From Podarcis filfolensis (Eukaryota), in NCBI GenBank assembly GCA_964270895.1, contig OZ185445.1: DNA of 64,000 nt. One strand, given 5' to 3'. Shown piece after piece: positions 1 to 15,125 of this stretch (the first letter of the stretch is position 1; every line of letters starts with the position of its first letter). The translations under genes and the position numbers were made by a program. The notes under the pieces were generated by a model that searched no databases, was not told where the DNA came from, and saw nothing but the letters and a program-made list of their open reading frames with translations.

Positions 1-1367
1 ATGGCTCCAAGTGACTCAAGAGACTGGATGAGGCACCACGCTATGGGGGAAGTGGGGGTGGAGAGGGGCCTCAGGATCTAGCAGAGAGGCTCAGGTGTGT
101 GTGTGGGGGGGGAGAAAACCCACTCATAACCCATAAAAGGCACTGAAGATGAGCAAGACCCATCCCATGATCCATCCCAAACAGAATGACACAGCAAAGA
201 GCTGCACACCATACAGAATCCCGGCTGCAAGTGGGCTGGTGCCAGGGGGTCCAGATGCTGCCAGGAAAGGTTCAAAGTCATCTCTGCCTGACCCCCAGCA
301 TCAACGAGGCCACAACAGGGAGCACAGCTAACTAGCCTGCTGGTTTTACAGACCGCCTTAAAAGATGCACCAAATTAGGAAGCAGCTGGGAATAAAATGA
401 TCCAGTGCCCAGGAACCTAAGCCTCCCTGCCTCTGCCCAGCGCTCTGAGGCTCTGAGAGCAAGGACATTCCCAACGCCAAGACATCCTTCGCTGCCTCTC
501 CTGGGAAGCAAAAGCAGCAGCAGCAGCAGGAGGAGGAGGGCTCTCCCCACCTGAGACTCCCAGGAGCTGGGATGCAGAGCAGAGCCTCCTGTTGCTTCAG
601 CTCCTGCTTAGGAATCTGGAGCAAGAGCCTCTCTGCTCAGCTCCGCCCTTCCCCTCCAGCAACTTTCCAGCAAGACTTTCTCGCCAACTCTATTAATTAG
701 AGAGTGCTTCTCTCCTGTCATGTCTCGTGACATAATCCCCTTTCAAGCACTGTTTTCCCTTATTTATAGCAGTTTTTCTTTGATTGTTTACTTTAATCAT
801 CCCACAAGCCCTAGTGCTGGGGGAATGAGTTTTAAGTTTTCCTGAGGGAGGGTTTCTTTTCTGCACTTTAATGAGAGCAATTAAATGAGAAAATGCAAAT
901 GAGGCCACTTCCTTCCTGAGGATGGCAGGATGAGCCCAGAGGAACCTACAAGCTCCCTGAGCCTCCCTGGGGGACCTGGATCCAGTTTCCCCAAGGGGAG
1001 CACCAGACGCAGTCTGCTGCAGCCCCACCCGGCCCTGTCTCTGGCATCCCAGAATAAGGGAGCAGCATTAAGACACATGGCAGCAGCAGAAGATACCCTG
1101 CAGTTGGCAAAACTGGCATTTTAAATGGAAGTCTGATGGCCGACAAAGGCCAGGATCATATTCTGCAGAAGAGTGTGCGGAAGGCAGGTTTTTAAAGGAC
1201 GATGGTTCTCAAAAGTCCCGCCATCACAACTTCCTGAGCTGCTCTCAGACTCGACTTTCTCGCATCAAACCCAAGCCCGCCCCTTCCTAACCAGGAAACC
1301 TTTCTGCAATGGAGCTTTCCGCGGCACCCGGGGTGAAAGGGATGCTCAGCATCGGGCAGGAACTCAC

Positions 1368-1531
1368 GTCATGGCCTGGTAGATGGACTCGATCCCGTAG
1401 CGCATGGCAAACTCGTCCACAATCTCCTGGCCCGTCTCGTCAAAGTAAACCTTCCAGGCGTCGTCCCCTTTGGCATCAGGAATCTTCACCACCCCGTTTC
1501 CTTGCACATCTGTCAGGTGGTGGAAGAGGTT
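1368..1531 (-). CDS. UNC13B: UNC13B exon, 164 nt (start of the MUN region); the gene continues left of the window
   Basis: [55 protein letters not shown]; sites ttctgctccAG| and AC|GTGAGT. Confidence 0.97.
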
Positions 1532-3538
1532 CTGGAGCAGAAAAGGAGGAGACCAGCACATCAACGCAGGGGCTGCTGCTGCTGCTGCTGCTGCCACAGA
1601 CACGGACACAGCACTGCTTCGGGTGTGAACCCAACAGAAGGTCAGAGTGGTACACAGCACCCTCATAGTTAGGTTTACCTTTATCATTGACATACACGGG
1701 GTACTCTTAAAGAACTCAGAAAGCAGCTGCCCAGTGGCCAAAGTCCACCTGCTTTCTTAGTTTGGGGAAACTTGTGGGGTTTTATCCCCCACCCTCGCCT
1801 TTCCCCGAGCCTGAAGGCTGCTCTCTCCTCCAGCATTGCATCCTGACAACCTCTGCTGTCCCTCCCAAATCTTTTCTGGTTAATCAACCCCTTCTGCAGA
1901 AAGCTAAAGCTCAAGGTGAGGGCTATTGCCAAGAACTTGTGTGAAGAGTTCAAATCCTCCCTGCGTGACCTCGACACCCTTTCTACTTCACAGGGGTGTT
2001 GTGAAGATAAAATGGGCAGGGGATCGAATCAGGGCATGTCACCCATGAGCTCTGTGCAAAGGTGAGATAGAAGTGACTATAGAGATGCTGCCCTCGATGC
2101 CTGAGTGGTGGCATGCAGGGTCCAAAATGCTCCTCTTCTGGGTCTGAGCTACCAAGATCAGTGTGCTGCTTCTCTCCAACTATCCCTCTGCGTGGAGCAG
2201 GCTCTTCTTCTGTTCTCCACAAGTGATCAGGAAACCGTGATGGGGACAGAACCAGGTCACAGACTGGGCAGCTCTGCTGGGCAGGCAAAACCAGAGAAGG
2301 TTGTGAGGCCGGCCTGGATCAAAGCGCTTCCTTAAACAGGCCAGGCAGCCCCAGAGGATGAGCCAGTTGGCGACGAAGGCCTGATGGCGAACCAGCTTGC
2401 CTGCTTCAACTCAGGTGGAATTTGAATCACACTTCCCCGAGCAAAATGGGACTCCCTAAAGTGACCCCAATTAACCCCCCTTTTGGAGGGGCTATGAAAC
2501 CATCAGGTGGCTGGGCAGAGAAAGAAGGCGAGGAAATGGCTTAAGCAGCTCACATACAGGTGTCCTGCTAGACATTCATTACTCGCCAGCTTTCTGTTCT
2601 TGGCTGCTGTCATGCAAATGAATTTCCTAATGACATCCCCACAGGCTCAATTTCAAGCACAAATCATCTTTGAGCTTTCCGTCTTGTCAGGCTGCTCAGG
2701 GACAGCTCTTGTCCGCTCTGGAGCTCAGTAATGAACCGTCACACCACTGCAAAAGGCCCTTCAGCCAACGCAGCCTGAAAAGGACAATGTTGGGAAGATG
2801 GAGTCCATCTTTCTTTCCATTTGGTTCCTTGCTGAAACTTTGAGGACATGACCGTCTAATCACTGCAGAACCAGGATTCTTCCAGGAATTTAATCGGAGC
2901 CCAGAGGCTGCAGTGCAGGAGATGCCAGCAGGCCATGAACTTGCTCATTCCAGAGCAGCAACTAAAAGTCAGCTAATAAATAAGCAAAGGAAACGGACGT
3001 GCCACTTTCCCTAGGCAGGGGGCCACCCTGCACAAATCGAAGCAGGCTGTGCCCACAAGAGCAGGGGACTGTTTTGGGCAGCAGCCTGCAAACCTTTTCT
3101 GGAGAAGCTAACAAGGTGCCTGAAGCCAAAACAGGACCTGGCATTCAGAGGCATCCCTGCCACCAACAGGGAAGGCAGAGCAAAGCCAAGGAGTCTCGTA
3201 GCCATCAATAGCCCTCTCCTCCTCCTCCACGAATCTGCTTCATCCTTCTTTAAAGCAGTCCAAGCTGGTGGCTGTCATGGCATCTTGCAGGAGCGCAATC
3301 CATAGCTTAAGCATGTGTGAAGAAGGACATGCTTCTGTCTGTCTAGAATCTCCCCCCATTCTGCCCCACTAGCCTGCCAGCTTCCCCTGGAGTCCAAGAG
3401 AAGCAAGCAAGGGAGAGGGGTTTCCAGAGTCTGAGGAATCGCCTTTGGGGATGCTGAATTCGCTGTGCCCCAACATTCTTTTTGCAAGAGGAGAAAAGAC
3501 GCTGCCGCCTTGGGCCTCCACCATGCTGCGGAGCTTAC

Positions 3539-3654
3539 CTCATGAAGGCAGGTGTACTGGACATGGTAAGGGGCCACCTTTTCTTCACCTTTAATCTCCA
3601 CGTTGATCTGCAGGCGGATGGCACCGGACACAGCAGACTTGTCTGTTCTTTTTT
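3539..3654 (-). CDS. UNC13B: UNC13B exon, 116 nt (end of C2B)
   Basis: [39 protein letters not shown]; sites tttccttttAG| and GAG|GTAAGC. Confidence 0.97.
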
Positions 3655-5184
3655 CTAAAAGGAAAAACGAGCCCATTTTCAAGAGGGAAACCCTGAGCCT
3701 CCCCTAACACAGTTTGGGTGTCCACAAAAGCACAGCAAGGTTGGCTGGAGGAAGAAAGGAGAGCGGCAGCCGGAGCCAACCCTGCGAGCGTTAACGTAAA
3801 ACAAACAGCTAAACGTATTATTAAGAGAAACTAAATAATAACTTAAAGATGGAGCAATGTGGGAAATGCAGTATAGAAATTTTAAACAAAAAGAAACCAC
3901 AAAGGGGGGGGAGGGAAGTCAAATATATGTGTATCAGAAAAATATGTGATTTGTGTCTTTGTAATTTGTATGTTTGTAAGTCTTTGAAAAACCAAAAAAA
4001 AATATGAAACCTTTTCTTTTAAAAAACAGAGTTAACCCTGCGCTCTGTACCCCAAGGCTAGAACTGCACCCCTTCTCCCATTTTGGGGCCTCATAAAAGA
4101 TCAGCGTTGGGGCTCTGCAGACAGAGAGCCGTGCCAACAAGACAGCCCTGCTCCTGCCTACCTGGCTCACAAACAAACTTTGCAGCCCATTCTCTGCAGC
4201 CCTGTGTCCCCTCAGTCACTGCAATGTCAATGGCAGGATCCTGCCCTTGGCTATAAAATCCTGGAGTTGGAGGCCTTGGCCTTCAAGAAACTGAAACAGC
4301 CCTTTCCTCCCAGGGGATCCAATTCCAGAGGAAGGAGACAAGGGAAGAGGCAGGAGAAGACTTCCATGTCTTCAGAGCCCTGGGGTGGCTCAGCCAAAAG
4401 TCAACTCAAGGATGCCCTGGGAGCACCTGCATTGAAGCTGCCCATCAGGAAGATGGAGAACAGGACAACTTCACAGGCTGTGAGAGGAGGTAGAGTTCCC
4501 TCTGTGACACAGCCAAGTGCCCCTCTCTGAAATGTCCCCCCCACAAACCTTCCCTCCCCACGAGAGCCCAGGCAAGAAAGCAGGAGACAGCTCAGCAGAG
4601 CAGGGGGGCAGCGGAGGACTATTGCAGGCAACCAAGCCCTCCCCCCCAAACCCAGGCACCATCTGCCTGGAGCTCTCACCAAGCCAGACTCTTCCCCAAA
4701 TATTGCTGCCTCGTGGGGGGTGTTAAAGAGAGGTGTCTGCGGACGGCTTTGCTTCTGCCCACAACACTCTTCTGGGGGAGTCTTCACGGCAGCTGTTATC
4801 TTACTTGTGTGCGCAGTGAGAGGCAGCGGATCTGGGTTCTGAGCCCAGTCAGAGGTTGCAGACACTCCTGGCACTGCAACCGAGTCAGAGCTCAGAAGGC
4901 AGCCCTGCAGGGAAAGGCTCAGGGAAGCCACTTCTGTGGCCTCTCTGCCAGACTCTGACAGGACTTCCAGGTGGAAAGATTTTGCAGCTTGTATTTTTGA
5001 GGCCCAGAAACTAAATTATTGGCTGAGCACAGACTGAAGTAGGTCTCTCTCTGTGTTTCTCTCACACAATTTCCCTTTATTTTTGAAGGTAGTCTATCCA
5101 CATGTCTACAAAGCTGTATTTCCAACTGAAGCGAAGCAGCGTAGGCCCAGGAACATTGAACCCGCCTACAAGGCAGATGTTCTA

Positions 5185-5541
<357 letters not shown>

Positions 5542-6499
5542 TCAAGAGCTCCAGCCTATCTCTCAAGATGTTCAAGGGACACAGAGCAAGGAGGGAGCGC
5601 ACTGTCGTGTAGCTCAGTCTCTTGTCTTAAAAAAGCATCCCCCTCACTCCTCCACTGCCCCAAATGCCCTCTGCTGTATCAGGCTCAGCTTTCCTAAAGA
5701 AATGCACCATTTGCTGAGGAAAGGAGGAAGGGTTGAGGGATTCCAGGCCAAAGGAAAAAGATGCAAAGCCACTGCTTTGCATCCGTCCTCACATCCAGCT
5801 GAAATCTTGTACATATAAGCTGAGCCCACCAGATGACGTTTCCCCCACCCAGAAGGGCCTGGAGAGCTCTGCCAGCTATGAGGTTGGGAGACCTGAGCCT
5901 TCTCAGAGGGAGACAACTGGCAGAGGGAGCTGGGCTCTGCCTGGCAATCATCTCTTTCCCAGGCAGCCCAATATGATGTTTCCTCAAGATGTGAAGACAG
6001 GCTGCCGTTCGCTTTTCACATCAGTTTAAAGCCATTGATTCTCCAGTCGATACAAAAACAACCCTGCGTGTGATCTTGGCACGGAGTGTGGACAATCCCC
6101 AGCAGAAGCTGAGCTCATTCCTAGAGGAAAAAGCTATAACCCTCTTCCTTGGTCCTGGACCCCCACAGGAATGCTCTTTCGGAACCTGTCCGCACGGCTG
6201 CTTATTGCGACACAGGTAAAAATCACTTGACATGAACATTTGCCACTCCTGCGGCTGTTTCCTGGGGTGCTACACTGAGCAGAAAGGAACCAAGCCAGCA
6301 TCTCCCAGCTTGCTCTTGAATCCTTATGGAAAACCTGCTTTCCAGAGGCATGCAGCCTTTTCAGAAGTCATTCTGGAAGCAATCTCTGGTGTGCAAATGT
6401 GATATTGAAGCCAACCTGAAGGTACAAGGGACAGAGGATGCATGCGTTTGGACTAAAGTCATTTTTGGGTCCACCTCTCTCCCCGCAGCCCCAAAACAG

Positions 6500-6521
6500 G
6501 TGTGTGTGTGTGTGTGTGTGT
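6500..6521. repeat. (GT)n microsatellite
   Basis: Direct reading. Confidence 0.95.
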
Positions 6522-7151
6522 AGCAAGATGGGTTGGCTCCTGTGGCAAATGTCTCAGCTCACAAAGGGCAAGTGATAGAAAGGATGGAATGAAAGGCAGA
6601 GGCCCAGGTGGACCCATGAAGGGAACAATTACTCATCCTAACCAGCCCTGGCAACTACCCAGCCTGGGGAGGAAAATGCACGACCTGCCTCATCGCAGAG
6701 CCTGTGCTCAAGGCTTGGGATTTAGCCTTTTTAAGAATGCACCATCTGTTGCCAAGCAACCCGAAGAAAATGAAGAAGAAAGTGAAAAAATGGGTCATGG
6801 GCGAACTGCGAAGCTTCTGTCAATCAGGACAGTGGCATTTCCCTTGCTCTCCCCCAAGCCTTTGTGGGGCTTCCAGTTGCCACTGACCTGTAACTCGGGA
6901 TCCATTAATTGACACCTTTTAAACTCCTGGCAATTTGTATGGCTGAGAGTGAATTAAACGGGAGACGTTCCCAGGGAGGCTGCCGTCCATCCGAAACCTT
7001 TCTGCCTTCGGCTCCCACTGGGAAGCAGAGCTCCATTTGGACTCACGGAAGGCCTCTCTCTGACTGGGCTCCTCTCGCTCCCCGGGGGTGGCGCTGCTCT
7101 GCCCTCTCTGCCAAGAGGATGGGCCAGGGGGTGCCACCTCTCTTTTCGGGC

Positions 7152-7230
7152 TTAGAATCATAGAACTGCAGAGTTGGGAGGGACCCCAAGAGTCATCTAG
7201 CCCAACCCCTGCAGTGCAGGAATCTCAACT
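7152..7230 (-). mobile_element. Short CR1 3'-end fragment
   Basis: tagaatcatagaactgcagagttgggagggaccccaagagtcatctagcccaacccc is the reverse complement of the CR1 terminal ATTCTRTG repeat and 3' UTR. Confidence 0.7.
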
Positions 7231-7285
7231 ACTCTGGAAATGCTGCATCAAGCAGGCTTCTTGAGAGTCAAACGCACCAGTAGTT

Positions 7286-7286
<1 letters not shown>

Positions 7287-7319
<33 letters not shown>
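7287..7319. repeat. (GT)n microsatellite
   Basis: Direct reading. Confidence 0.95.
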
Positions 7320-7320
<1 letters not shown>

Positions 7321-9281
7321 AGAGAGCCTGAGATGCATATAATAAGCCCAAACACTGTGTTTCACAGAAACTCCAGTTTCTCCCTTTAGAAATCCCCATC
7401 CAACTTGGACTCCCTTCTCTCTGAGCATTTCTGAGCATGGGAATCTCACCCAGCAGCTCCTTAAGCTTTTTGAAATTGGCCTTTTTAGAGTCCAGAGTGC
7501 ATGCTGGACCTCACCTTCTTGGCAGAGTTTGCATTCCAGCAGATATCGGGGAAGCTGAAGTTTCCCATGACTACTATATCTCTCTTTTCTGAATGGTTGG
7601 TAATCTGCATCACCCAAGTCTTCAGTCTGGCTTGGAGGTCTATAGCAGACACCCCCAGTAAGGTGCTTCTGTCTCCTATAGTTTTTAGGCCTATACTCTC
7701 AATCTGTTTTCTATGCTCCAGTCATATATTTCTTCACAAGTCTACACATGCTTCACACAAAACCTGACTCCTCTCTCAGAACTACACTCTGTGCATTTTT
7801 AACAGGATGACACAGCAAGTGGTCAAATGTGGGTTGTCTCTCTCTGCCCAAGTCATGCCAATGTTTCAGAAGCTGCCAGGCATGGTATTCTTCCAGCCAC
7901 ATGGCAATGTAGCTGGGTGCTTTGTGGGGAGGGGGAGGGGAGTTAGCGGGGTACTTTTGTGATATATTTATTCCTTCACTACCAAAGCCAGTCCAGCTGC
8001 TACAAGAGATGAGATGCCTCCCTGCAGCTGATGATCAATATCAGGTGTAGATGAGGCAGCCGCATGTAACAGTTTTGATTACCATTAAATCCTCTCCAAC
8101 TAGCCAGCTGGGTGGTTAACTACAGTGTCGCTGCTTAAAAGCTTCCGCCTGGCTCTGTAATCTTTCTTGCAGGGGCCCAGCCTATTATCACGCTCAGCAT
8201 CTCACCAAAATCCTGTGTTTATGCGTGATTATTCCCCTGATGAGCTGTGCTTTCTGATTCCCCCTTTGAGACAATTACATCTGGAGACGTCAGCAGAGGT
8301 TCGACGTGCCCATGTCTCGGCTTTCCAGCTCCAGCCTTGTGAGCAGGCAGCTCTTCTGCTTTCCCAGGTGCTGGCATTGAACGGGCAGTGAACGTCCGGA
8401 GGAAACTGGCTTCCCAGCCCAGAGGGAAGAGAAACTCCACTCTCGGTGCTGAACCCGCCCTGGGGCAATAGGAAGGGTCACTGGGTGGCAGCTGATCCCT
8501 GGGATGTTCATGCACCCCTTTCAGCCCAACGCAAACCATCTCTCCTCCATTCACGCTCTTAAACCTGGAGGTGTCTCCGCAAACTATCGACGGGTTGCAG
8601 AATCCATCAGGCCTCCTGTGGACAATTCTAAAGACCAGAAAGGCTTCCTCATCCATCCAAGCAAAAGCTTAGTCTTTGTAACATGCACAATTTTCTTGAA
8701 AACACAAACTGCATCTTACACTCAGAATGGAGTGAGATCCACCAGCTCTAGCTCACAGAAGACCCACTTCGTCCATTTTCATTCAAAATCTGCTCTCAAG
8801 GAAGAAGAGCCTGGGCAGCTCAGATAGCCGACAAAAGTACCAAACGAAAAGGTCCCTTGGCTGACACTTTGGGGTCTTCCGGGGGTAATGGGGCTCCTTT
8901 GCCCAGGGAGGGAGGAGGCCAAGAGGAGGAAGGGAAAAGCTGGCCAACTGCTGTCGAGGAGGAGACCCTTTTAAAGAAGCAGAGCACCCATCGAACAAAG
9001 CTGTTCTGCAGCAGCCGTCTCCGCTTTAGGTTTAGCGTTAATTAAATGTGAAACGACAGCAGCAGCAACTTGAGGGCATCTCTTGTTAACTTGGCAACCA
9101 CTTTGCAGACTAACAAAGTCCTTCACTGCAGCTTTCTGTGCTCTCTAAGTCACCGTGCTGCCCGCCAGGTTTCATGCCACTTGGGCACAGATACAGGGGT
9201 TGTACTGTTAACCGAGAAGCACCCTGCAGGCACCCTGCTGCCCTTCCTAAAGCAAGCTGAAGGGAGCATAATCCCTCTAAC

Positions 9282-9479
9282 CAGGGCCGGCCCAAGACAT
9301 TTGGGCACCTGAGGCGAACCACAAAATGTTCTCTCCTTCCCTGCTTGGGAATAAGGGCTGAATGAAGATCTACATCCATAACAAGGGGGAATAAAGATCT
9401 ACATTGGGATCTGCTGCACCCGTGGATCCTGCCGCCCGAGGCGGTTGCCTCACCTTGCCTCATGGGTGGGCCGGCTCTG
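9282..9479. mobile_element. hAT-type MITE, 198 bp
   Basis: TIRs CAGGGCCGGCCCA / TGGGCCGGCTCTG with a perfect 8-bp TSD, CCTCTAAC, on both sides. Confidence 0.9.
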
Positions 9480-10727
9480 CCTCTAACAGAGAACCAGAGG
9501 CCCATGTAAGTTTACTTTTTTCCTTTTTCCTTTGCCTTGTCCTGAGGGCAGCTTACAAAGAACCACTTAAATATCATTGATTTCAATAAAAGGAGCAAAA
9601 GTAGAAACAATACTCAAAGTACTCAGAAATAAACAGTACAAATAAATATAAAACCTAGTAATGATGATGGATCCCAAGTTCTGTTAAAGGGTCAGGAAAG
9701 CAGGAGGCTTAGCAGAGAGTAATGAGGAGGCCAGGTTAATGTGTCTGGAGCAGGCAAAGAAAGTGGGACACCCCCACAGAAAAGGCCCTCTCTGCAGTGA
9801 CAGCCCCCTCTAGCTTCTGGAAGGGCCTGATCAGATCTCCACTGAAAGGAAGGTTCTTACAGGAGAAGAGCCCCCAAGCTATAAGTAGCTTTCTTGGTTA
9901 GAATCAGCACTTTCCACTGGAAATCAGAAGCCGGTGAAGTTCCCCCAAATGAGTACCATCTTGGCTGCTGTGCTCTGGAATAACTGACATTTCCAAATGT
10001 TTTGCATAGGCAGCCCCATATATACCGCACAGCAGTCCTCCAACTGGATGGATATCCAAGACAAGATCATCCCTTCCCAGAAGGGGAATCAGGTTGCACA
10101 ACGTCTGGAGTCGTTGAAAGGCATCGGTTCTACTTAGGCATCTCTCAGCAAAGCTGGCTCAAAAGGCAGCCCTGAGCTGCCCACAGGGAAAGTGCAGTCC
10201 TGTCTACCTTTCCTGGTCCAACACATCACCCAACAGCAGCATCTCCACCTTCCCTGGACTGAGCTCCAGCTCATCAGCCCACACCCAGCCCATCATGGAG
10301 CCCAAACGTCCACAGCCTCTTCTGGATCAGATGAAAAGGCAGATACCCAAATCCCTGGCAACCCTCCCCTGTCGGTTTCAAGAAGACATTGAAGAGCTCG
10401 GGGGACAAGACAGAGCCCTGCAAAGCTATACTGTACAATCGCCGCAGACTCAGCACCACCTTCTCAGTCCAACCATCAGAAAAGAGCAGCTCTGCCACAG
10501 CACCCCATCTCCAACTCCCATCTCCAGCAGGTAATTTAGATGATCACCGCAGTTGTACCTCCTGCCTCTACCAAGCAATTTCACTACACAAACCAGACAA
10601 GAAGCCAGACAACTGGGCCCCTTTCAATTGTCTTTCTCCAGAAATGCCTGTGGGTGACTGGCTACCCTCTTCTTGCAACCCTGGATGCTGCTATCTTGAA
10701 TTAGGGCTAAATAGATTAAATGTGTCT

Positions 10728-10812
10728 TATTATTATCATCATCACCATCACCCTCACACTCACCACCACCATCAACAACAACAACAACAACTTTTGGCCT
10801 TTTTATTATTAT
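10728..10812. repeat. Compound trinucleotide repeat (TAT/CAT/CAC/CAA)
   Basis: Direct reading; about 110 nt into the intron after C2B exon 1. Confidence 0.85.
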
Positions 10813-10923
10813 TGAGATATTTGGTAGGTATTTGTGTCCCCCCCCCCAAGGTGTTTTGTAAACAAAAAGGACAACACGGGAATCTATGAAAGAGGAGTGG
10901 AAAAAACGACACACAAATACTTA

Positions 10924-11088
<165 letters not shown>

Positions 11089-11201
11089 TCAGAAAAACAC
11101 ATCATTGTAACAAGAAAGTACAGCTAAAGAAATACACAAGGCAGTTCCAGGAGCAGCTAAGGCACCTTCACCCCCCTAACGGCTCAGGCCGCCTTGCTGA
11201 C

Positions 11202-11429
11202 CTGTGATGGTAATTTTTGCTGACCACTTGGAGGTACCGTCCAGAACGCTCTGCTTGACCGTCTTCATCTGCTGAGAGTGGGTCATTTTGCTCTCACTGA
11301 AGACATCTCTGATCAGGTCAAAGATCTCTGGCTTGTTCCTCTCTCGGATCTTCATGCGATCCTTCATGGCCATGATGATGTTCTGGGTGCGATCCTCGGC
11401 TCCATGCTTCGAGGACTTCTCTGCCGCTC
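11202..11429 (-). CDS. UNC13B: UNC13B C1-C2B linker exon, 228 nt
   Basis: [37 protein letters not shown]...[10 protein letters not shown]; sites tttgcAG| and G|GTCAGC. Confidence 0.97.
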
Positions 11430-14400
11430 CTGCAAACAATGCGGAAAGGATTAGCAAGGGAAGGCTGGCAAAGAGCTGACCCCGTCGATCTTCGATCTGG
11501 CCGGAAAGAGGGCAGGGGAGCAAAACTGCTCTTGGAATCATGCTAGCTTTCCAGGAAGTAGGACCCAACTCAATTCCCCTAAGCCAGGGCTGTGTGATAT
11601 GCAAGACTGAGATTCCTGATGCCACCCAAGGCTCAACTGCGATAGCTATGTAGCAGTCGGAAACAGAGCACTTGTTGCTAATGGGAGAGCTGCAAAGATG
11701 GAGCGGTGCATGGGCACACACACACACAGACAGACAGACAGACAGAAACAGCGTTTATAAGTAGAGGCTGAGTAGGGGGAAAGGGGATCCTGCTAGCCTG
11801 TAACTTAAAGGTCTTTTCCTGGCCAGATGACAGAACAGCATCCCAGCCTCAGGAGCCACCCCCCCGTGGCTTCTGGCTCCCCCAGCATCTTGCGCAGGGT
11901 GGTCACAAGGAGAGGGAAGCCTCCAACAGAACGTGCTTGCTGCACAGGAACTGGGGATCCCCTCGGGAGTTTTCCCCCAAGTGCCATTTGCCTTAGTGGA
12001 GAAATGTGCACCTTCCTCCTGCTGATGGTATGGGGGACATCTGTTAGGTAGGAGGGTAATGCCTGAAAATGATTTGTTCTTGGAACCCTAAAATAGGCTT
12101 TGCGATTTAAAATAAAAACCAGTGTTCCTTCTGCTGCCCAAACACTTCTTGACAGAGAGCCTGTGACGAAACTGGCGCTCACAAAAGTTGCACTTCAATC
12201 ACCACCTGAACACTCAGCACCAAGGTTTGTAAAAGGAAGAGAACGAGAATTCCCAGCTGCATCAAGCTGCCCCTTTTGATCAAACAACCAGAGCGGAGTC
12301 GGAAGTGAACCAGCTCCCAAAGCGGCTGGTTGGCTTCCAGGGTTTGAGTCAAGGATGCTGCAGCCTCACAGCTAAAAGCCCTGCAAGATGCGCCAGGGAG
12401 GGGGACACCCTCCTCTCCCCCCTTACCTTCATTAGGGGAAATAGTCTCTCGCCTCTGCTCTGCCGGGGGGGGGGGGTTGAGGATGGTTTGTGATGGGGCT
12501 CCAGACCTTAATGGAACGTAGGCCAGCTACATGCTCCTATCAAACTCAATTCAAAATGGCGCAGAACTGGCACCAAGATAAAGTGTTTGCACGAACTACG
12601 ACTTAAGAAATAAGGATATGAAACCCAAGAAAAGGGGGCATCCAAATGGCAGAGTCTGTTTTCAATCCTTTGTTCTCCTGCAGGAGTATCCCAAAGTGTA
12701 CAGACTTTTATGTATGTCCAAATAATGATTCCAGGTCATGGCATTCATGGCATACAAGCAACTTTTCTGAGCCCCTGTGAACTGTTGCTCCTGCCCTGAG
12801 AGGAGGCCGCAGGGTCAGCAGCTGAGGCTGGACCAGGTATCTGGCTCCCAGCTGGATGCCCAAGCACCTACAGAACCAGAGTCTGGACCCTCCTGGGCGT
12901 CTTCTCCCAGGGCTCAAGGAACCTAGTGCCTCCCCTGCTGCCTAGACAGTCTGACAGCACCAGCCATGGAGTGCAGGAGAAGCGCTTGTGTTCAGACCAC
13001 AGAAGGTCTACTACTCCAAAAGGGGTCAGAACCTTGGAGGGGCAGATTTGTGGGCTTGAAAGGGCCACAGTTCCACCTCCAACCCTCTTTGGAGCAAGTT
13101 GCTCCCTGGGAGCTCTCCTTGGTGCTGCGGAGGCCCACCCGCCTTGCTCCACCGGCTCCTCCTTGGTTGGGACCACAACAAAGCCCACTCACAGCCACTT
13201 CAAGTCACAGATAGAAAAGGGAACCTGCAGAGGAACAGACTTGACTTCTGGTGGGAGTGAAGTTGCTCCCTTCTCTAAATGTTGACATTTGCAGCTGCAG
13301 ATTCTTGCCATCTAAATTACTGCACAAATTTTGCTGCAAGATTTCTCATGCAGCAGGGAGGAAGACACAGCAACAGACACGACAAGCATTCTGCCTAGTT
13401 TGTCCAGTGCAGGACGCTCCCTCTAAGTGCTTTCCCCAGGTCCTGGACTATGGTCTCTCATCTCTGCCCTGTTCCACACACCCCACAGATTTCCTTTCTG
13501 CATTCAGAAAGCAGGCCTCTTGACAAAGCATGGTCGTGATTCAGATGAATAATATCAAGCAGCAATGACCCGTCTAGTTCAACTCTAGGAAAAGATGGGC
13601 TGAGCAGGCAGCCTCAGCAAGTTGCCAGCAGTGGGTCAACTCTCAGAAAACCAAACCAAAATTAGGCCTCATAGCTTCCCTGCAGGATTTGCCATCTGGG
13701 CATCAATGCATCTGCCGCACCTGTTGCATTGAAAATGTGAGATTTCTATTTCTGTGAAGCTGCAAACCAGGTGGACTTCTTTTTCTTTTTTACCTCCCTC
13801 ACAGAGCCATCTGTCCTTCACAAGACAAAGGAGGCAATTTGCACACACAAAAACAAGAGTCAACTCTTCCTGGGACTCCATGGTTGAAATTAAAATGATC
13901 CACTGAGACCAAAATGCTACTTGGCTAAAACATTCAGGTGCCAAGAGCAGAGGCAGGAAAGGAAACACAAAGTCCGGCTGAGTATTGATGTCCTTCCTGC
14001 TGCATCAAGGGAGAGGGATGGGGCCAGCCCAGAACAAAGCTACTGCCCAAAGTGTCAGCTTTTCTGAGCTTTAACTCTTCCCAAAGACAGGAGGCCAAAG
14101 AGGTCAGAAGCTTACGAGGAAACAGCTTGTTTTTTCCATGGAGGGAGAAAGAGACCTCTCCTCCAAGAAGAGAAAGACAAAAACACAGCTTTATATTTGT
14201 GATACAGACAGAAACTCACAAGAGTAAACTTATTTTATTTTGGCTTTTCCTTCAACAAAAAGTAAAAAAAGGGGGGCCCTCCCAGGACAGCTGACATCAG
14301 TGAACAACCGTGGACTGCGTCAGATCCAGAGGGGAGGTTACCAAGCAGTCAGATGCTCTCAGTCTAGAGAGGACACAGCTGTCTGCAAGGTCTTCTGGCC

Positions 14401-14825
14401 ACTGAGGTCACTTGGGTCTCCTGTGCCAAGGCTGGGTTGAAGAACATCTCCACCTCCTGCAGGGCAGAGCTGGCTCACCTGATGCCCCACGGCAGGTGCT
14501 GCTGGACTCCAACTCTCCTGCGCCTCCAGCCCCGATGGAACGAGGGGAGCTGTAGCCCAGCAACACTTGGTGGGGCCACCCATTACCCAGCCCTAGCCAG
14601 AGCAGACGAAGCACCATCACCAGGGAGACCCAACAGTGTCCTGACCGCTGTTCAGAATCTCAAGAGCCTTCTCTCCATTTCCTGACCCCCATTTTTTAAG
14701 CCTTTCCATTCATTTGCCTCATTCCTCAAAAACAAGCCACTGAGAAATGCAACAAACGTGGCTGCCCTACAGGCCCCCACCCACCACCCCCAGCAGTTCT
14801 TGCCCCACAGGAAACAGAGGGGCTA

Positions 14826-15125
<300 letters not shown>

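Noticed and set aside
1-1367. Next UNC13B exon (THFACLSSKYMCPGVP...)
   Set aside because: Not found in this interval; it must lie left of the window. The short ORFs here are intronic noise.
8444-8452. RE1 left half-site (also one near 33590)
   Set aside because: The right half-site is absent, so these are not credible REST sites.
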